Shown in pieces: positions 49,945 through 59,881 of a stretch of 64,000 nt of DNA. How positions within the stretch are numbered: the stretch's first letter is position 1; the number at the start of each line of letters is the position of its first letter. The position numbers were made by a program, and so were the translations under genes. The notes under the pieces were generated by a model. It had not been told where the DNA came from. It did not search any database and worked only from the letters and a program-made list of their open reading frames with translations. Source of the DNA: Candidatus Bathyarchaeota archaeon (GTDB taxonomy: Archaea; Thermoproteota; Bathyarchaeia; Bathyarchaeales; Bathycorpusculaceae); the NCBI GenBank assembly GCA_963768425.1, contig CAVYHV010000030.1, positions 32,001-96,000 on the forward strand, read 5' to 3'.

Positions 49945-50118
49945 ATGAGAAAATACATTCTGACTGACTGCGAAAGACACATAATCAAAAGATATCTGAA
50001 AAAAGGTGAAAAACTCGACGGCTACCGTACGCTCCTGGCTCGATGCCGAACCACAAAAACCATTCAAGAAGACCTTCATCTCATCAATCAACTTCTTGAA
50101 AAAGCAGAAAATCTTTAA
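49945..50118 (+). CDS. 57-aa hypothetical microprotein (not in the ORF track)
   Basis: MRKYILTDCERHIIKRYLKKGEKLDGYRTLLARCRTTKTIQEDLHLINQLLEKAENL; clean ORF with helical pattern. Confidence 0.55.
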   Translation: MRKYILTDCERHIIKRYLKKGEKLDGYRTLLARCRTTKTIQEDLHLINQLLEKAENL

Positions 50119-50254
50119 CCCGAATTCCATTTAGACAGAAATGTTATTCCGTACGAAGGATAGGATCGCTTGCACGGCTGTCCAAAAAAAACTAACGTCC
50201 CAAAGCAGATAACGTGTTTTGGCTGATCTTCTGTGGCGATGTTCTGTGCATTGC

Positions 50255-50539
50255 CTAAAATCTTGGAAATTTTAGTTTTCCGACGTATTGTAAGATCCAC
50301 TTAACCAGTTTGTCATAGGTTTCCAGCCCTAAATCGGTGAGTTTAATGTTGCCCTCCTCGTCTATTTTCAGCAAGCCTTCTTGGTTCATCCAATCAACAT
50401 ATTTTGTCAGTCTATCGTAGGCTACTCCTGTGCTTGTTGCAAGCTCGGTTCGTTTCATTCCTCCCTTGTTTTTCAGTACGTTGATTATTCGGGCAACGAC
50501 GTACAAGTCAGGTTTTGAATTCGGCTGATTTGAACTCAC
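50255..50539 (-). CDS. Winged-helix DNA-binding protein
   Basis: DLYVVARII..L...MKRTELA...VAYDRL.KY..W...GLL...LTDLG. Confidence 0.75.
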   Translation of the reverse strand: MSSNQPNSKPDLYVVARIINVLKNKGGMKRTELATSTGVAYDRLTKYVDWMNQEGLLKIDEEGNIKLTDLGLETYDKLVKWILQYVGKLKFPRF

Positions 50540-51212
50540 TGTTGAACCACCGAAGCTCCCAGAGCAAAGTATCTAGAGAAGTTATTTGCCGATACTTTTT
50601 CTGAAGGTCCTTCTTGCTGAAGATAAACACAAAAGGCAACGAAATAAACGCAAACAAGTAGAAATTAAAGTCTGTATGAATTAGGTTCAAAGCAATCGAA
50701 TACGGAAAACCCAGAATTACCATCACAATTACCCAATAACCGATTATTCTTATGGCGGCGTACAATCCATATGCTAAAGCGGAAGTACGGATGTCGACAA
50801 AGACGGTATCCCAATTCAGCTCTTGCAGAAGCTTTACTGCCCCAGCAAAGCCTTCATCGAGAGTGCTTTTCCATTGCTCAAGCTTAATCCTTTTGAGTTT
50901 GCGGTCAACCCAGAAAATGCCTGCAATTATTCCTGCGGTGATGAAAATCAAAGCCACAAAAGAGGTACTGGAGAATCCCCCTACCGACGGAGTTACGATA
51001 GAAAGGATGTTAGGATAAGAGAAGTAGCTTTGGAAATGGCCTGTCAAGTAATAGAAGTTGAAAAACAGCTCTAAAGAGAACAAAGCAACGAAGGAAAGCA
51101 AGACTATACCTAAGAAGTCAACCATTAGTCGAGCTAGCGCCTTGTATTTTTTCACTTGATCAAGCGCTCTCATTAACTCTTCTACTTTAACGACTACGGC
51201 AGTTTCGCTCAT
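50508..51212 (-). CDS. Hypothetical four-TM membrane protein
   Basis: Hydrophobic segments; overlaps both neighbours in a three-gene operon. Confidence 0.6.
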   Translation of the reverse strand: MSETAVVVKVEELMRALDQVKKYKALARLMVDFLGIVLLSFVALFSLELFFNFYYLTGHFQSYFSYPNILSIVTPSVGGFSSTSFVALIFITAGIIAGIFWVDRKLKRIKLEQWKSTLDEGFAGAVKLLQELNWDTVFVDIRTSALAYGLYAAIRIIGYWVIVMVILGFPYSIALNLIHTDFNFYLFAFISLPFVFIFSKKDLQKKYRQITSLDTLLWELRWFNSEFKSAEFKT

Positions 51213-51736
51213 AACGCTACCCCGTAACCGCTGATAGAGATTAATGCCCTGCCATAGACGATGTAGGTAGAAACTTGCATATCTTGGACAGAATGAGTTA
51301 AGAAATAACTTTGAGGGTCGTCAACATCGAATTTTAAGAAAATATCAAATGGCTTGTCTTGAGTCACTGAAATGGAATTGTTCCCTCCAGACATGCTCCC
51401 GCCTTCGTTACCAAAGTCGTCGCCTGTTCGAGGAAGACTGAAGGTCTTGGTGTAAACGCTTGGAGTAGCTCCATTGGTCGAAGTTAGATTTAGTGAAGAG
51501 CCGTTTGGGAAAATAATTTCGACATTACTTGTTCCATTGCTGACCATGGGAAAAACTGACAGGGTTATCCTTGCATTAACATAACTCAATTTTGCAACCG
51601 TAATAATGGCATTTGATTCTGAAAATCCTTGCTGTCCATTTACTTCGTGGAATGAGGACAAAACGATCAATTGACCTGCAATCACCAAGATTAAGGCAAG
51701 CACTAACCAGGTTCTGTTCATAGGTAGTAACAACAA
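51209..51736 (-). CDS. Hypothetical secreted or membrane-anchored protein
   Basis: N-terminal TM, Ser/Thr/Asn-rich beta body. Confidence 0.55.
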   Translation of the reverse strand: MLLLPMNRTWLVLALILVIAGQLIVLSSFHEVNGQQGFSESNAIITVAKLSYVNARITLSVFPMVSNGTSNVEIIFPNGSSLNLTSTNGATPSVYTKTFSLPRTGDDFGNEGGSMSGGNNSISVTQDKPFDIFLKFDVDDPQSYFLTHSVQDMQVSTYIVYGRALISISGYGVAL

Positions 51737-51800
51737 GGGTCAATGAATATAAGGCAAGCTCACTCGGTGTGAGGGGCATTAGGCCTTTCACGAATTGGGC

Positions 51801-51911
51801 GCCATAGAATAAGTCAACTGAAAATTAATTATGTTCATTTTATATTTTCTGATTATAAAGTAAATTCAGGCAAGCCTTTCCTTCTATACCCCGGATTTCG
51901 GAAGGCCAAGG
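51801..51911 (+). repeat. Copy A of a ~110-bp diverged intergenic direct repeat (TATA-like box plus hairpin)
   Basis: Aligns with 53504-53612. Confidence 0.75.
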
Positions 51912-51918
51912 CAACGGT

Positions 51919-52218
51919 TTAGCGAAGGTGAAGGTTCTTAAATGCTTGTTTGTGGGATTTGAGCACGACGGAGATTATGGTGCTTTGGACGCCTTTGATC
52001 TTCAGGATTTTCTTATGCAAGACGTTGCGGAACTCTTCTATGCTTGAAGCCGAAACTATGGAGACAATGTCACATTCGCCTTTTACATCATAAATTTCCT
52101 CGATGTTTTCGACTTTTTCGAGGGCATCAATAACTTGGGCCTTCTGAGTCGGATCGACAAAAATGTTGACTGAGGCCTCAAATCGATCGTGAATATTACA
52201 GGATTCCATATTGGTCAT
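51919..52218 (-). CDS. Lrp/AsnC ligand-binding-domain protein
   Basis: IEEIYDVKGECDIV..V...SIEEFR...KILKIKGV.ST. Confidence 0.82.
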   Translation of the reverse strand: MTNMESCNIHDRFEASVNIFVDPTQKAQVIDALEKVENIEEIYDVKGECDIVSIVSASSIEEFRNVLHKKILKIKGVQSTIISVVLKSHKQAFKNLHLR

Positions 52219-52447
52219 TAAAAACAGTCAAACGATCAAGGTATCTTTTAGGCATTTTTGAGAACTGAAGTGGGCTATTTTGCAAAGCGGAGCGGGCTAA
52301 AAAGCCGATCACGAAATGGGCTGAATGTAGAAAACCAAATTGAATTTTACCATTTGTTTTTTTAGTTGTGATGATTTAACTTAATCGTGAAAAGGTCTTC
52401 TTCCCTCTATGGGGTAAATTTCTGGAAGCCTTGGTTGGCTCTTCAAG

Positions 52448-52678
52448 CTAATTTACGGTTGGCAGATTTATTTCGCTGGCTACTCTTAAAAGCTGTTCTG
52501 TCAAGAACTGCCTTAACCAATTAAGCGCTAAATTACTTTCTAAGCAACCACTTGCCACCCTGTGTTCGGCTAAATGATTTTCTATGGCACGGTTCATGGC
52601 TTTCACATCGGGCAACACCAAGATTTCAAAACCGCATGCACATCTGATAGTTCGCATGCTTTTTTTATGAGAATCCAA
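52448..52678 (-). CDS. Small Cys/His protein
   Basis: IRCACGFEILVLPD.KAM.RAIENH..EH. Confidence 0.55.
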   Translation of the reverse strand: MDSHKKSMRTIRCACGFEILVLPDVKAMNRAIENHLAEHRVASGCLESNLALNWLRQFLTEQLLRVASEINLPTVN

Positions 52679-53201
52679 TTTGCTTTTGTAGTCTTGATCA
52701 AAAGTAAAGTTGATTTCTTGGATGCTCTTTTTTGGCCATGAACTCTCATTCCTAACTTTGCCAGATTATTAGAGTAGTATTTAGCCTGCAATGGATATAA
52801 GAAATTGTGATAGGCTTGGCACAACAACATGCTAACAATTCTGTTTATTTATGTAGTTTTAGATTCATTCTTGGTTACGCACTAGAGTTTTATGAACAAA
52901 GTGATTGGTTTATTGAATTAAACAACCGCTGAGTAGCCTGCTTTCGCTAATTGGGCGGCATATAGAGAAACTGCTGAATTGGCAAGCGCGATACAATCGC
53001 AAGCAGAATCCTTGAAACAGCGCACCTGGCCATTTCTTTCATATGCATATAGCTTGAAACTCATTTTTTTTGATTCAAAATACATAATTTGCCAATTGAC
53101 TGGAATCAGCAACGTCAAAATAGCAAAAGTTTATAAAAAAATACTCGGTTATTTGCAGTGGAAAGACCACCTGTGAAATTGGAGAATCGTGAAGCACGAA
53201 G

Positions 53202-53471
53202 ATAAGACGGTCAAAACTAGAAAGGTACGTGGACATCCTCGATGTATTGGCGAATAAAGGGCCATTGAAACTAACCCACATTATGTCCAAATCTAACTTC
53301 AACAGCAACATCCTCAAAGAGTATCTCGACTTTCTAATCAAACAAGGCTTAATAGAAGAACGAACAGTAAAAAAGAGACACACAGTTTTCGCAGTCACTC
53401 AGCGAGGCACAACCATTTTAAGGTGTTTCCGGGAACTCATGCAAGAAATATCTGCCATACAAGAAGCATAA
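53202..53471 (+). CDS. Winged-helix transcription regulator; expected start codon position reads ATA
   Basis: (I)RRSKLERYVDILDVL...GPLKLTHIM.K.N.N..ILKEYLDFLIKQGL...TQRG. Confidence 0.8.
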   Translation: MRRSKLERYVDILDVLANKGPLKLTHIMSKSNFNSNILKEYLDFLIKQGLIEERTVKKRHTVFAVTQRGTTILRCFRELMQEISAIQEA

Positions 53472-53503
53472 ACTCCGAACGAGGGCCCGTCATAAAACAG
53501 GAG

Positions 53504-53612
53504 GCCATAGGATAAGTCAACCCATATTTTATCGTATTTTATATGTTCTGATGATAAGGTAAATTCAGGCGAGCCTTTCTCTCTAAACTCCCCAGTTTTC
53601 GGAAGGCCTTGG
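53504..53612 (+). repeat. Copy B of the ~110-bp intergenic direct repeat
   Basis: Aligns with 51801-51911. Confidence 0.75.
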
Positions 53613-53667
53613 TGGGATGCCTGATGTATAGGCTGAAAAGTTGGATGACATAAAATAAGAGGCTTAC

Positions 53668-54132
53668 TTAGATGATTTTTTCAGGCAAATAAGCCGTTCT
53701 TCTAGCCCACTTTCGAGCGTCAGCTAACTCTTGTGCATTTGGGTGACCACGCCTTGCGAAACCAAAGGTCTTGCCCAAACATTTGTAACGGTCATCAAGT
53801 AACCTCTGGTTTTTAGCTCCTAAAAGCTGTTTAACTCGGTTAAAGGTTAAGACATCGCTCTTGCCGCCGCCTGCCCAGGTTATAAAGAGAGCAAACTGCC
53901 TGTTGCCATCTTCCAAATTCAGCCGCTTTAAGAAACGAAGCATATCCGGACTTGGTTCCCCACCCCGAACCCATGTCCCAATAAACACCAGGTCAAAATC
54001 CTTAAGTGATATTGTTGAAAATTCTGAGTCTTCCGATATTTTGATTGCTTTGCAGTTTAATTCTTGGGCGATTTCGAGCGCAACTTTTTCAGTGTTCCCA
54101 CTTTTTGTCGAATAGATTACAACTGGATTCAT
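53668..54132 (-). CDS. Flavodoxin-family protein
   Basis: IYSTKSGNTEKVA, FDLVFIGTW, GHPN..EL..A. Confidence 0.88.
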   Translation of the reverse strand: MNPVVIYSTKSGNTEKVALEIAQELNCKAIKISEDSEFSTISLKDFDLVFIGTWVRGGEPSPDMLRFLKRLNLEDGNRQFALFITWAGGGKSDVLTFNRVKQLLGAKNQRLLDDRYKCLGKTFGFARRGHPNAQELADARKWARRTAYLPEKII

Positions 54133-54272
54133 CGGATTAGCCTACCAAACGAAGTGCAGCAAAAACTTTAAAGCCTTTCTAACAAAGCTTGAGCAAATCC
54201 CGCCAACGACTCCACAACCACAGATGTATCGTTTCTGTCAAAACTGAATATGATGTCCCAAATGCATGTTGG

Positions 54273-54851
54273 CTACGTAATGTTTTTTACTTGTTTGTAG
54301 CGGAAGCACCAGACTAAATGGTCGTTCACTAATCCAACTGCCTGCATGAAAGAGTAGCATACACTAGGACCGACGAACTTGAAGCCTCTGCTCTTCATCT
54401 CCTTGCTCATGATTTTGGCCTGCTCGTTTTCAGGCGGCATTTCCGAAAAAGATGTAAATCCGTGGTTAATGGTTTTGCCGTTTACGAATTTCCATATGAA
54501 AGTGTTGAAGGAGCCAAATTCTGTTTGTATTTCAAGAATTTGTTGAGCGTTGTTTATCGCCGAAAGAATTTTGGCTTTGTGTTTTATTACCCCGGGAGTT
54601 TCCATGAGTCTGCTGACGTCGTCTTCGGAGAATTTTGCAACCTTGATTGGGTCAAAGCCTTCGAAAGCTTTTCTAAGAGCGTTTCGTCTCTGAAGAATTA
54701 GCGACCAAGATAAGCCAGCTTGGAAACCCTCGAGGACTAAAAACTCAAAGAGCTTCTTGTCGTCATGCTGTGGAACACCCCACTCTTCATCATGATAAGC
54801 CGTGTAGAGAGGGTTTTCTGTGCCCCAACATCTTTTCAAACTCGAGGACAT
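54273..54851 (-). CDS. tag: DNA-3-methyladenine glycosylase I
   Basis: RCW, YHDEEWG, LEGFQAGLSW, GFKFVGP, MQAVGLVNDHL..C. Confidence 0.95.
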   Translation of the reverse strand: MSSSLKRCWGTENPLYTAYHDEEWGVPQHDDKKLFEFLVLEGFQAGLSWSLILQRRNALRKAFEGFDPIKVAKFSEDDVSRLMETPGVIKHKAKILSAINNAQQILEIQTEFGSFNTFIWKFVNGKTINHGFTSFSEMPPENEQAKIMSKEMKSRGFKFVGPSVCYSFMQAVGLVNDHLVWCFRYKQVKNIT

Positions 54852-54935
54852 GTAAGAGATTTTGAACAGCCTTTTGATTTAAGTGTTCCGTTACAACGAA
54901 CAATCAGAAACACTTCAATTATTTTTTGCGATTTT

Positions 54936-54965
54936 GACCGGGGGTCCAAATCCTGCCGAAGGCTC
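54936..54965 (+). repeat. Degenerate tRNA-Thr 3'-end copy (att-like scar)
   Basis: GGGTCCAAATCCTGCCGAAGGCTC versus GGGTCCAAATCCCGCCGAAGGCTC in the intact tRNA. Confidence 0.85.
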
Positions 54966-54981
54966 GACATCCATCGCTTTC

Positions 54982-55332
54982 CTAAAATTCTTTATCCATT
55001 TTTTCCAGAAGCGCTTTGATTGAGCGCTTTACAGGCGGTAAGTCCTCTTTTACAGCTTTCCAGAGCACCTGCATGTTTACGCCGAAGTATTCGTGAATGA
55101 GCTTATCTCTGGTTCCAGCCATCATTTTCCAAGGAATTTAAGGATACTTCTCCTTTGTTTCTGTTGGAATGCGTTTTGTTGCTTCACTGATAATCTCAAA
55201 GTTTCTAACTGTCGCGTCAACTGTTTTGTTGTCTTAAGAGAACTCTTCGGAGGTTACTCCTTCAACGTAGCTTTCTATCTTTTCTATGGCATCAAGAATA
55301 TCGTCGAGGTACAAGCGCGAGTCTCTTTTCAA
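54982..55332 (-). pseudogene. hepT: HepT/DUF86 ribonuclease toxin with two in-frame TAA stops
   Basis: RLYLDDILDAIEKI...DATVRNFEIISEA...IPWK.MAGTRDKLIHEYFGV; TAA at 55234-55236 and 55138-55140. Confidence 0.85.
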
Positions 55333-55619
55333 ACGTAAATTGCCTCGTTCAATATGCTGTTTTTTATTCTTGGTTTAAGGGCGTCTCTCATAACCAAATC
55401 TACCTTTACACCAAGCTGCTGGCTTAGAAAATCTTCAAGCTCAATAAATTTGAAAAGGCTTATTGTCTCGTAAAAATCAACTAAAATATCAAGATCACTT
55501 GTTTTCTTCTGTTCCCCTCTCACATAGGAACCAAAAAAACCGACAGTTTTCACTTTGAACTTTTCTTTTAGTTCAGGTTTCAGCGATTCTATTTTGTCTT
55601 TAAAATAAGGAAAGCTCAA
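55329..55619 (-). CDS. mntA: Minimal nucleotidyltransferase antitoxin (MNT/MntA)
   Basis: FGSYVRGEQKKTSDLDILV (GSx10DxD), KVDLV; overlaps the hepT start. Confidence 0.9.
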   Translation of the reverse strand: MSFPYFKDKIESLKPELKEKFKVKTVGFFGSYVRGEQKKTSDLDILVDFYETISLFKFIELEDFLSQQLGVKVDLVMRDALKPRIKNSILNEAIYV

Positions 55620-55682
55620 AGTATCCTCGAGCAGAAAATATGCAGTTAGTTGTATTTAGTTTTTTTCAACTAATTATTTATT

Positions 55683-55730
55683 TTGGTAAATAATGGTTGC
55701 GGGTCCGAATTCCGGCGAAGGCTCCAATTC
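55683..55730 (+). repeat. tRNA-Thr 3'-half copy from the anticodon loop onward (attR-like)
   Basis: TTGGTAA-ATAATGGTTGCGGGTCCGAATTCCGGCGAAGGCTCCAATTC versus TTGGTAAGGTAATGGTCGCGGGTCCAAATCCCGCCGAAGGCTCCAATTC. Confidence 0.88.
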
Positions 55731-55833
55731 CCAGTCAGTATGATACTTCCCTTATGCTGTCATTTCCAAAACGAGGACAGGTTTTAAGATTAGATTGCAT
55801 TTAATTAGAATTAGATGATGGAACGTTGGTGAT

Positions 55834-56199
55834 GTGTTAATGGTGAGGAAGCATTTTCAAACGGTCGATGAATATATTGCTAGTTTTCCTGAGAATGTTC
55901 AAAACGTTTTGCAGCAGGTATGGCGAGCTATTCGGGAAGCTGCGCCAGGCGCTAAAGAGCTGATTAGTTACCAGATTCCCGGTTTCACATTGAGGGGAAG
56001 CTTGGTTTGGTTTGCCGCTTTCAAAGATCACATTGGGTTTTATCCAAAAGCATCAGGCATAGAGGAATTCAAAGAGAAACTGTCGGCTTACGAAATAAGC
56101 AAAGGAACCGTCAGGTTTCCCCTTGACAAGCCGATTCCGCTTGACTTGATCCAGGAAATAGTGCGGTTTAGGGTTAGGGAAAACTGCAAAAGCCATTAA
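55834..56199 (+). CDS. DUF1801 (YdhG-like) protein
   Basis: TVDEYI, APGAKELISYQIP, FAAFKDHIGFYP, SKGTVRFP. Confidence 0.88.
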   Translation: MLMVRKHFQTVDEYIASFPENVQNVLQQVWRAIREAAPGAKELISYQIPGFTLRGSLVWFAAFKDHIGFYPKASGIEEFKEKLSAYEISKGTVRFPLDKPIPLDLIQEIVRFRVRENCKSH

Positions 56200-56265
56200 A
56201 ACAAGATTCCACAAAGCCACTGCACATCTTAAATATCTAAATCGCCTATTTGTTACTGGGGAGGA

Positions 56266-56472
56266 ATGGTGTTGGAGTTACAACGTTTGTGCTTCAAAGA
56301 GTTCCCCGACCAGTGCATCGGATGCCCCGAATACACTGAGATTCGTCAAGATCAAAGCTCTGAGATTGCTTTCCTCGCAGGCATGAGCACTTTTGTCTTG
56401 CCGCAATTCACAGGCAAAATAGTAAAAGAATGCAAAAGGTACCACAAGCGCAAAGTCGAATACATAACATAA
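56266..56472 (+). CDS. Small Cys-containing hypothetical protein
   Basis: GGAGG Shine-Dalgarno, four Cys. Confidence 0.5.
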   Translation: MVLELQRLCFKEFPDQCIGCPEYTEIRQDQSSEIAFLAGMSTFVLPQFTGKIVKECKRYHKRKVEYIT

Positions 56473-56658
56473 AGCTCCATAGCGAACTGAGCCGTATCAA
56501 CGAATTCCGTGCAGACCACGGGCCAACTGATTGCCGGGAAGAAATTGATTATCTACTTTGCACGCCAAACACTTGATTTCACTTAAAACTTAATCCGTAG
56601 TTATGGCGCCGCTATTTAGAACCGATTTTGATATGGGTCAGAGAGCTCCGGTGGGATT

Positions 56659-58041
56659 TTGGTCCTTTCTACCGAACATTTGGGGAATCAAAACCGTTTG
56701 CTCCTGTATGGTTTACCTAAAAACTATTCATGTAATTTTGAAAAACCTTCTTATCCCAAGACAGAGAGTATTTTTCAGAACACGGAGGGGAAAACCATCA
56801 AATTCGCAGCGAAACAGGAAATTTCCATTTTAGCCGCGGTCCTCGCCGTCTCCTTTCTAATCAGGGTTGCCTTGTTCCCGCTTAAAGGCTACACTATAGA
56901 CACGAACGACTTCCTCGCCTGGTTCAACATCGCGGCAACACATGGAATAAGACCCTTTTACAGCTCGGCAGGCTTTGCTGACTACCCGCCGTTTAATGTT
57001 TACATTTTCTGGTTCTTCGGCTCCATCGCCAATGCGGCGTCAAGAGTCGGCATCAACCCTGCCTACATCGTAAAATTGGCGCCTAACATCTTCGATTTGG
57101 GCACGGCGGTTTTAATCTTCGTTTTTGTGCGCAAACAATCAACCTTCAAACTTGCGTTGGTGGCGACGGCGCTGTACACCTTCAACCCAGCCGTAATCTA
57201 CGACGCCGCTGTCTGGGGGCAATTCGACGCCATCTACACATTCTTTCTCGTGCTTTCCCTGATGCTTGCGCTGAGAAGCAGACCGAAGCTTTCCGCGGTA
57301 GCCTTCGCCCTTGGGATCCTGACTAAGCCCCAGGGGATAGCTCTGTTGCCGCTGGTGGCGTTTCTGATTTACAAGAAAAACGGGCTCAAAGAGCTGCTTC
57401 TTTCCGTTGTTACTTTTGCTGCAACGGTTTTCGTGGTTATTCTTCCTTTCAACTGGGGAGGTAGCCCAATCTCTTTCCTAACCAACATCTACTTCGTGGC
57501 TTACAGCGGGTACAAGTACACTTCAATTAATGCGTTCAATTTGTGGGGTTTGATTTCGGGCATGTGGGTGCCAGACGGAAACCTCTACATCGTGGGGTGG
57601 GTGCTTTTTGGGGTCTTCGCCGTTTTTACTCTTTACTTGTTGAACAAACGTTTCAAAACTTCAAATGATTGGATGGCTGTTTATGCCGCGTTCATGCTTC
57701 TCTTCGCGTTTTTCATGCTTCCGACAAGAATTCATGAACGGTACCTGTTCCCGGCTATAAGTGCGATGGCGTTGATGGTTCCTTTCATAAAAAGGGCAAG
57801 GGCAATCTACGCGGTTTTAACAGCGACTTTCCTCGTCAACGAAGCCTACGTTCTGTACTGGCTAAACAAAGCTTATCCTGGCGCTCCGAACTTGACTGGT
57901 GATCCAGTGGTTTTGTTGGTGAGCGCGATTAATTTATTAATGCTCATTTACGCTTCATTTGTGATGTGGGACGAGGGGACATGGCTTAAAGCTGAACAGC
58001 CGCCGCCCTTGCAATCTGCCGAGCGAGGTGAGCCAACGTGA
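56659..58041 (+). CDS. GT-C superfamily polytopic glycosyltransferase (mannosyltransferase-like)
   Basis: DYPP, FNPAVIYDAAVWGQFD, TKPQ, NAFNLWG, PTRIHERYLFP; true start probably near 56797. Confidence 0.82.
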   Translation: MVLSTEHLGNQNRLLLYGLPKNYSCNFEKPSYPKTESIFQNTEGKTIKFAAKQEISILAAVLAVSFLIRVALFPLKGYTIDTNDFLAWFNIAATHGIRPFYSSAGFADYPPFNVYIFWFFGSIANAASRVGINPAYIVKLAPNIFDLGTAVLIFVFVRKQSTFKLALVATALYTFNPAVIYDAAVWGQFDAIYTFFLVLSLMLALRSRPKLSAVAFALGILTKPQGIALLPLVAFLIYKKNGLKELLLSVVTFAATVFVVILPFNWGGSPISFLTNIYFVAYSGYKYTSINAFNLWGLISGMWVPDGNLYIVGWVLFGVFAVFTLYLLNKRFKTSNDWMAVYAAFMLLFAFFMLPTRIHERYLFPAISAMALMVPFIKRARAIYAVLTATFLVNEAYVLYWLNKAYPGAPNLTGDPVVLLVSAINLLMLIYASFVMWDEGTWLKAEQPPPLQSAERGEPT

Positions 58042-59881
58042 ACTTTGAATTGAACATCAACAAGAAAGACGTAATAACCATCATTTTAGTTTCGGTAGTT
58101 TTCTTCGGCATAGCTTCTTGGAACGTGGGTTCAATTCAGTATCCAGTTACAAATTGGCAATCCACTCAACCAGAAAGCTTCTATGTCAACCTCGGCGGAA
58201 TGCAAAACGTTCAAACCGTGTATTTCTTTGTTGAAAGCGGCAACGCATCCGTCACGATATATTCTGGGTCTCCAGAAAACTGGACTTCTGTCGGAAATTT
58301 AATTCTTCAACCCTTAGGTACAGATTACTCAGTTTTTGAACAATGCACAATTAATGCGGTTACTCAGTTTTTGAGCTTTGATGTTAAGCCAACAAATTAT
58401 GATTCTCGACCTGATTTCTATTGGAGTGTTCCCAACCCTTCGGATCGGCTGCCGTCACCTTTCATTCAAATCTCTGAAATTGGTCTGCAAGGCCAGAATA
58501 ACAAGCAAATTCGGATCCTGACAATTACAGGCGAAAACACTACAGACCCAACTTTATCTAAGCTGATTGATGAGCAGAGCAAACTGCAGATCCCGCCTGA
58601 TTACATGTCTAAGATGTATTTTGATGAGGTCTATTTTGCCAGGTCTGCTGAACAATACCTGCACGGTCAGATACCTGATGAGAGGACTCATCCTCCGCTT
58701 GGAAAATTGATTCAAGCCTCAGGCATAGCAATTTTCGGCGAAACTCCATTTGGTTGGCGAATAATGGGCGTAATATTCGGGACTTTACTTGTTCCCTTGA
58801 TGTACCTTATAGGAAAGAAGCTTTTTGGAACGTGGATTGCAGGTTTCTCAGCGGCATTTCTGTTTACATTCGATTTTATGCATTTTACAATGGCGAGAAT
58901 AGGAACCGTAGATACGTATGTAGTATTCTTCTCTTTGCTTTCACAGCTATTTTTCCTAGTTTACTTTATGAAAGTCATTAAAGACGGTTGGAAAACTTCT
59001 GTCCTGCCGTTATTCTTAGCAGTAATCTTCTTTGCGTTAGGAGTCTCGACAAAGTGGTTCACAATTTTCAGCGCCCTTGGCATGCTCGCACTGCTAGCGG
59101 CTTACAGGATTAAAGGCGTCAAAAAACTAAAAGCAAGCCTTGGCGAAAAATACGTTGCTTTCTTTAACTATCCCTTTTTCCTGCTGCTAGGGTTCATAGG
59201 TTTAGCGGTTGTAATTTACTTTGCAACCTATATTCCTGACATGCTCGCAGGAGACTCTTTTGGTTCGATTCTTAATCTGCAGAACGCAATGGCAGGTTTC
59301 AGTCAGGGACGGTAGACCAAAATTCCTCGACTCCATGGTGGTCGTGGCCTTTGATGATTGGCGGTCCAAATCTGCAGGTTCCGCATTGGTTTGATATAAC
59401 CTACCTGCCAAATAACGTTGACTCTACAATCACAACGATGGGTAATCCAGCTGTTTGGTGGATTGGCTTCGTTTGCGTGCTCACGCTTGCCGTAATTGTG
59501 GTGTATGAAACCGGGTTGGTTCAAAAGTTTGTGAAATATTTATCTGGACAAAAAATGGGGGCGCAAAATAAATTTAGATTGGAGTTACCTGCAGTGTACA
59601 TTGTTGTTGTGTTCTTTTTCTCATGGCTTCCTTACATCGTAATTTCCAGGTCAACTTACATTTACCATTTCTATTTGAGCGTGCCACTTCTCTGCTTAGC
59701 AACAACTTATTTCATTAACAAATACTGGAACACTCGTCTTGGGAAAGCCGCTGCCATAGCCCTATTTGTTTCAGTCGTGATTCTATTCATAGTTTTTTAC
59801 CCGGTAATTTCAGGAATGCCCGCCCCCGTAACATACATTCATAAACTCAAGTGGCTTCCAGGTTGGTTCTTTGCTCCATGA
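58038..59881 (+). CDS. Dolichyl-phosphate-mannose--protein O-mannosyltransferase-like (GT39), frameshift near 59305
   Basis: YFDEVYFAR, HPPLGK, FGWR, MHFTMARIGTVD, STKW; shifted frame continues SSTPWWSWPL, MGNPAVWW, TYIYHF. Confidence 0.85.

Noticed and set aside
51801-53612. Integron attC identity for the twin repeats
   Set aside because: No convincing RYYYAAC/GTTRRRY ends or full-length imperfect palindrome, and no IntI gene.
55138-55236. Stop-codon recoding (Sec or Pyl) in hepT
   Set aside because: Both stops are TAA, not TGA or TAG, and TAA terminates other genes here normally.
33700-56200. Complete provirus or autonomous integrative element
   Set aside because: No recognisable integrase, transposase, portal, capsid or replication gene; only a terminase-like gene.
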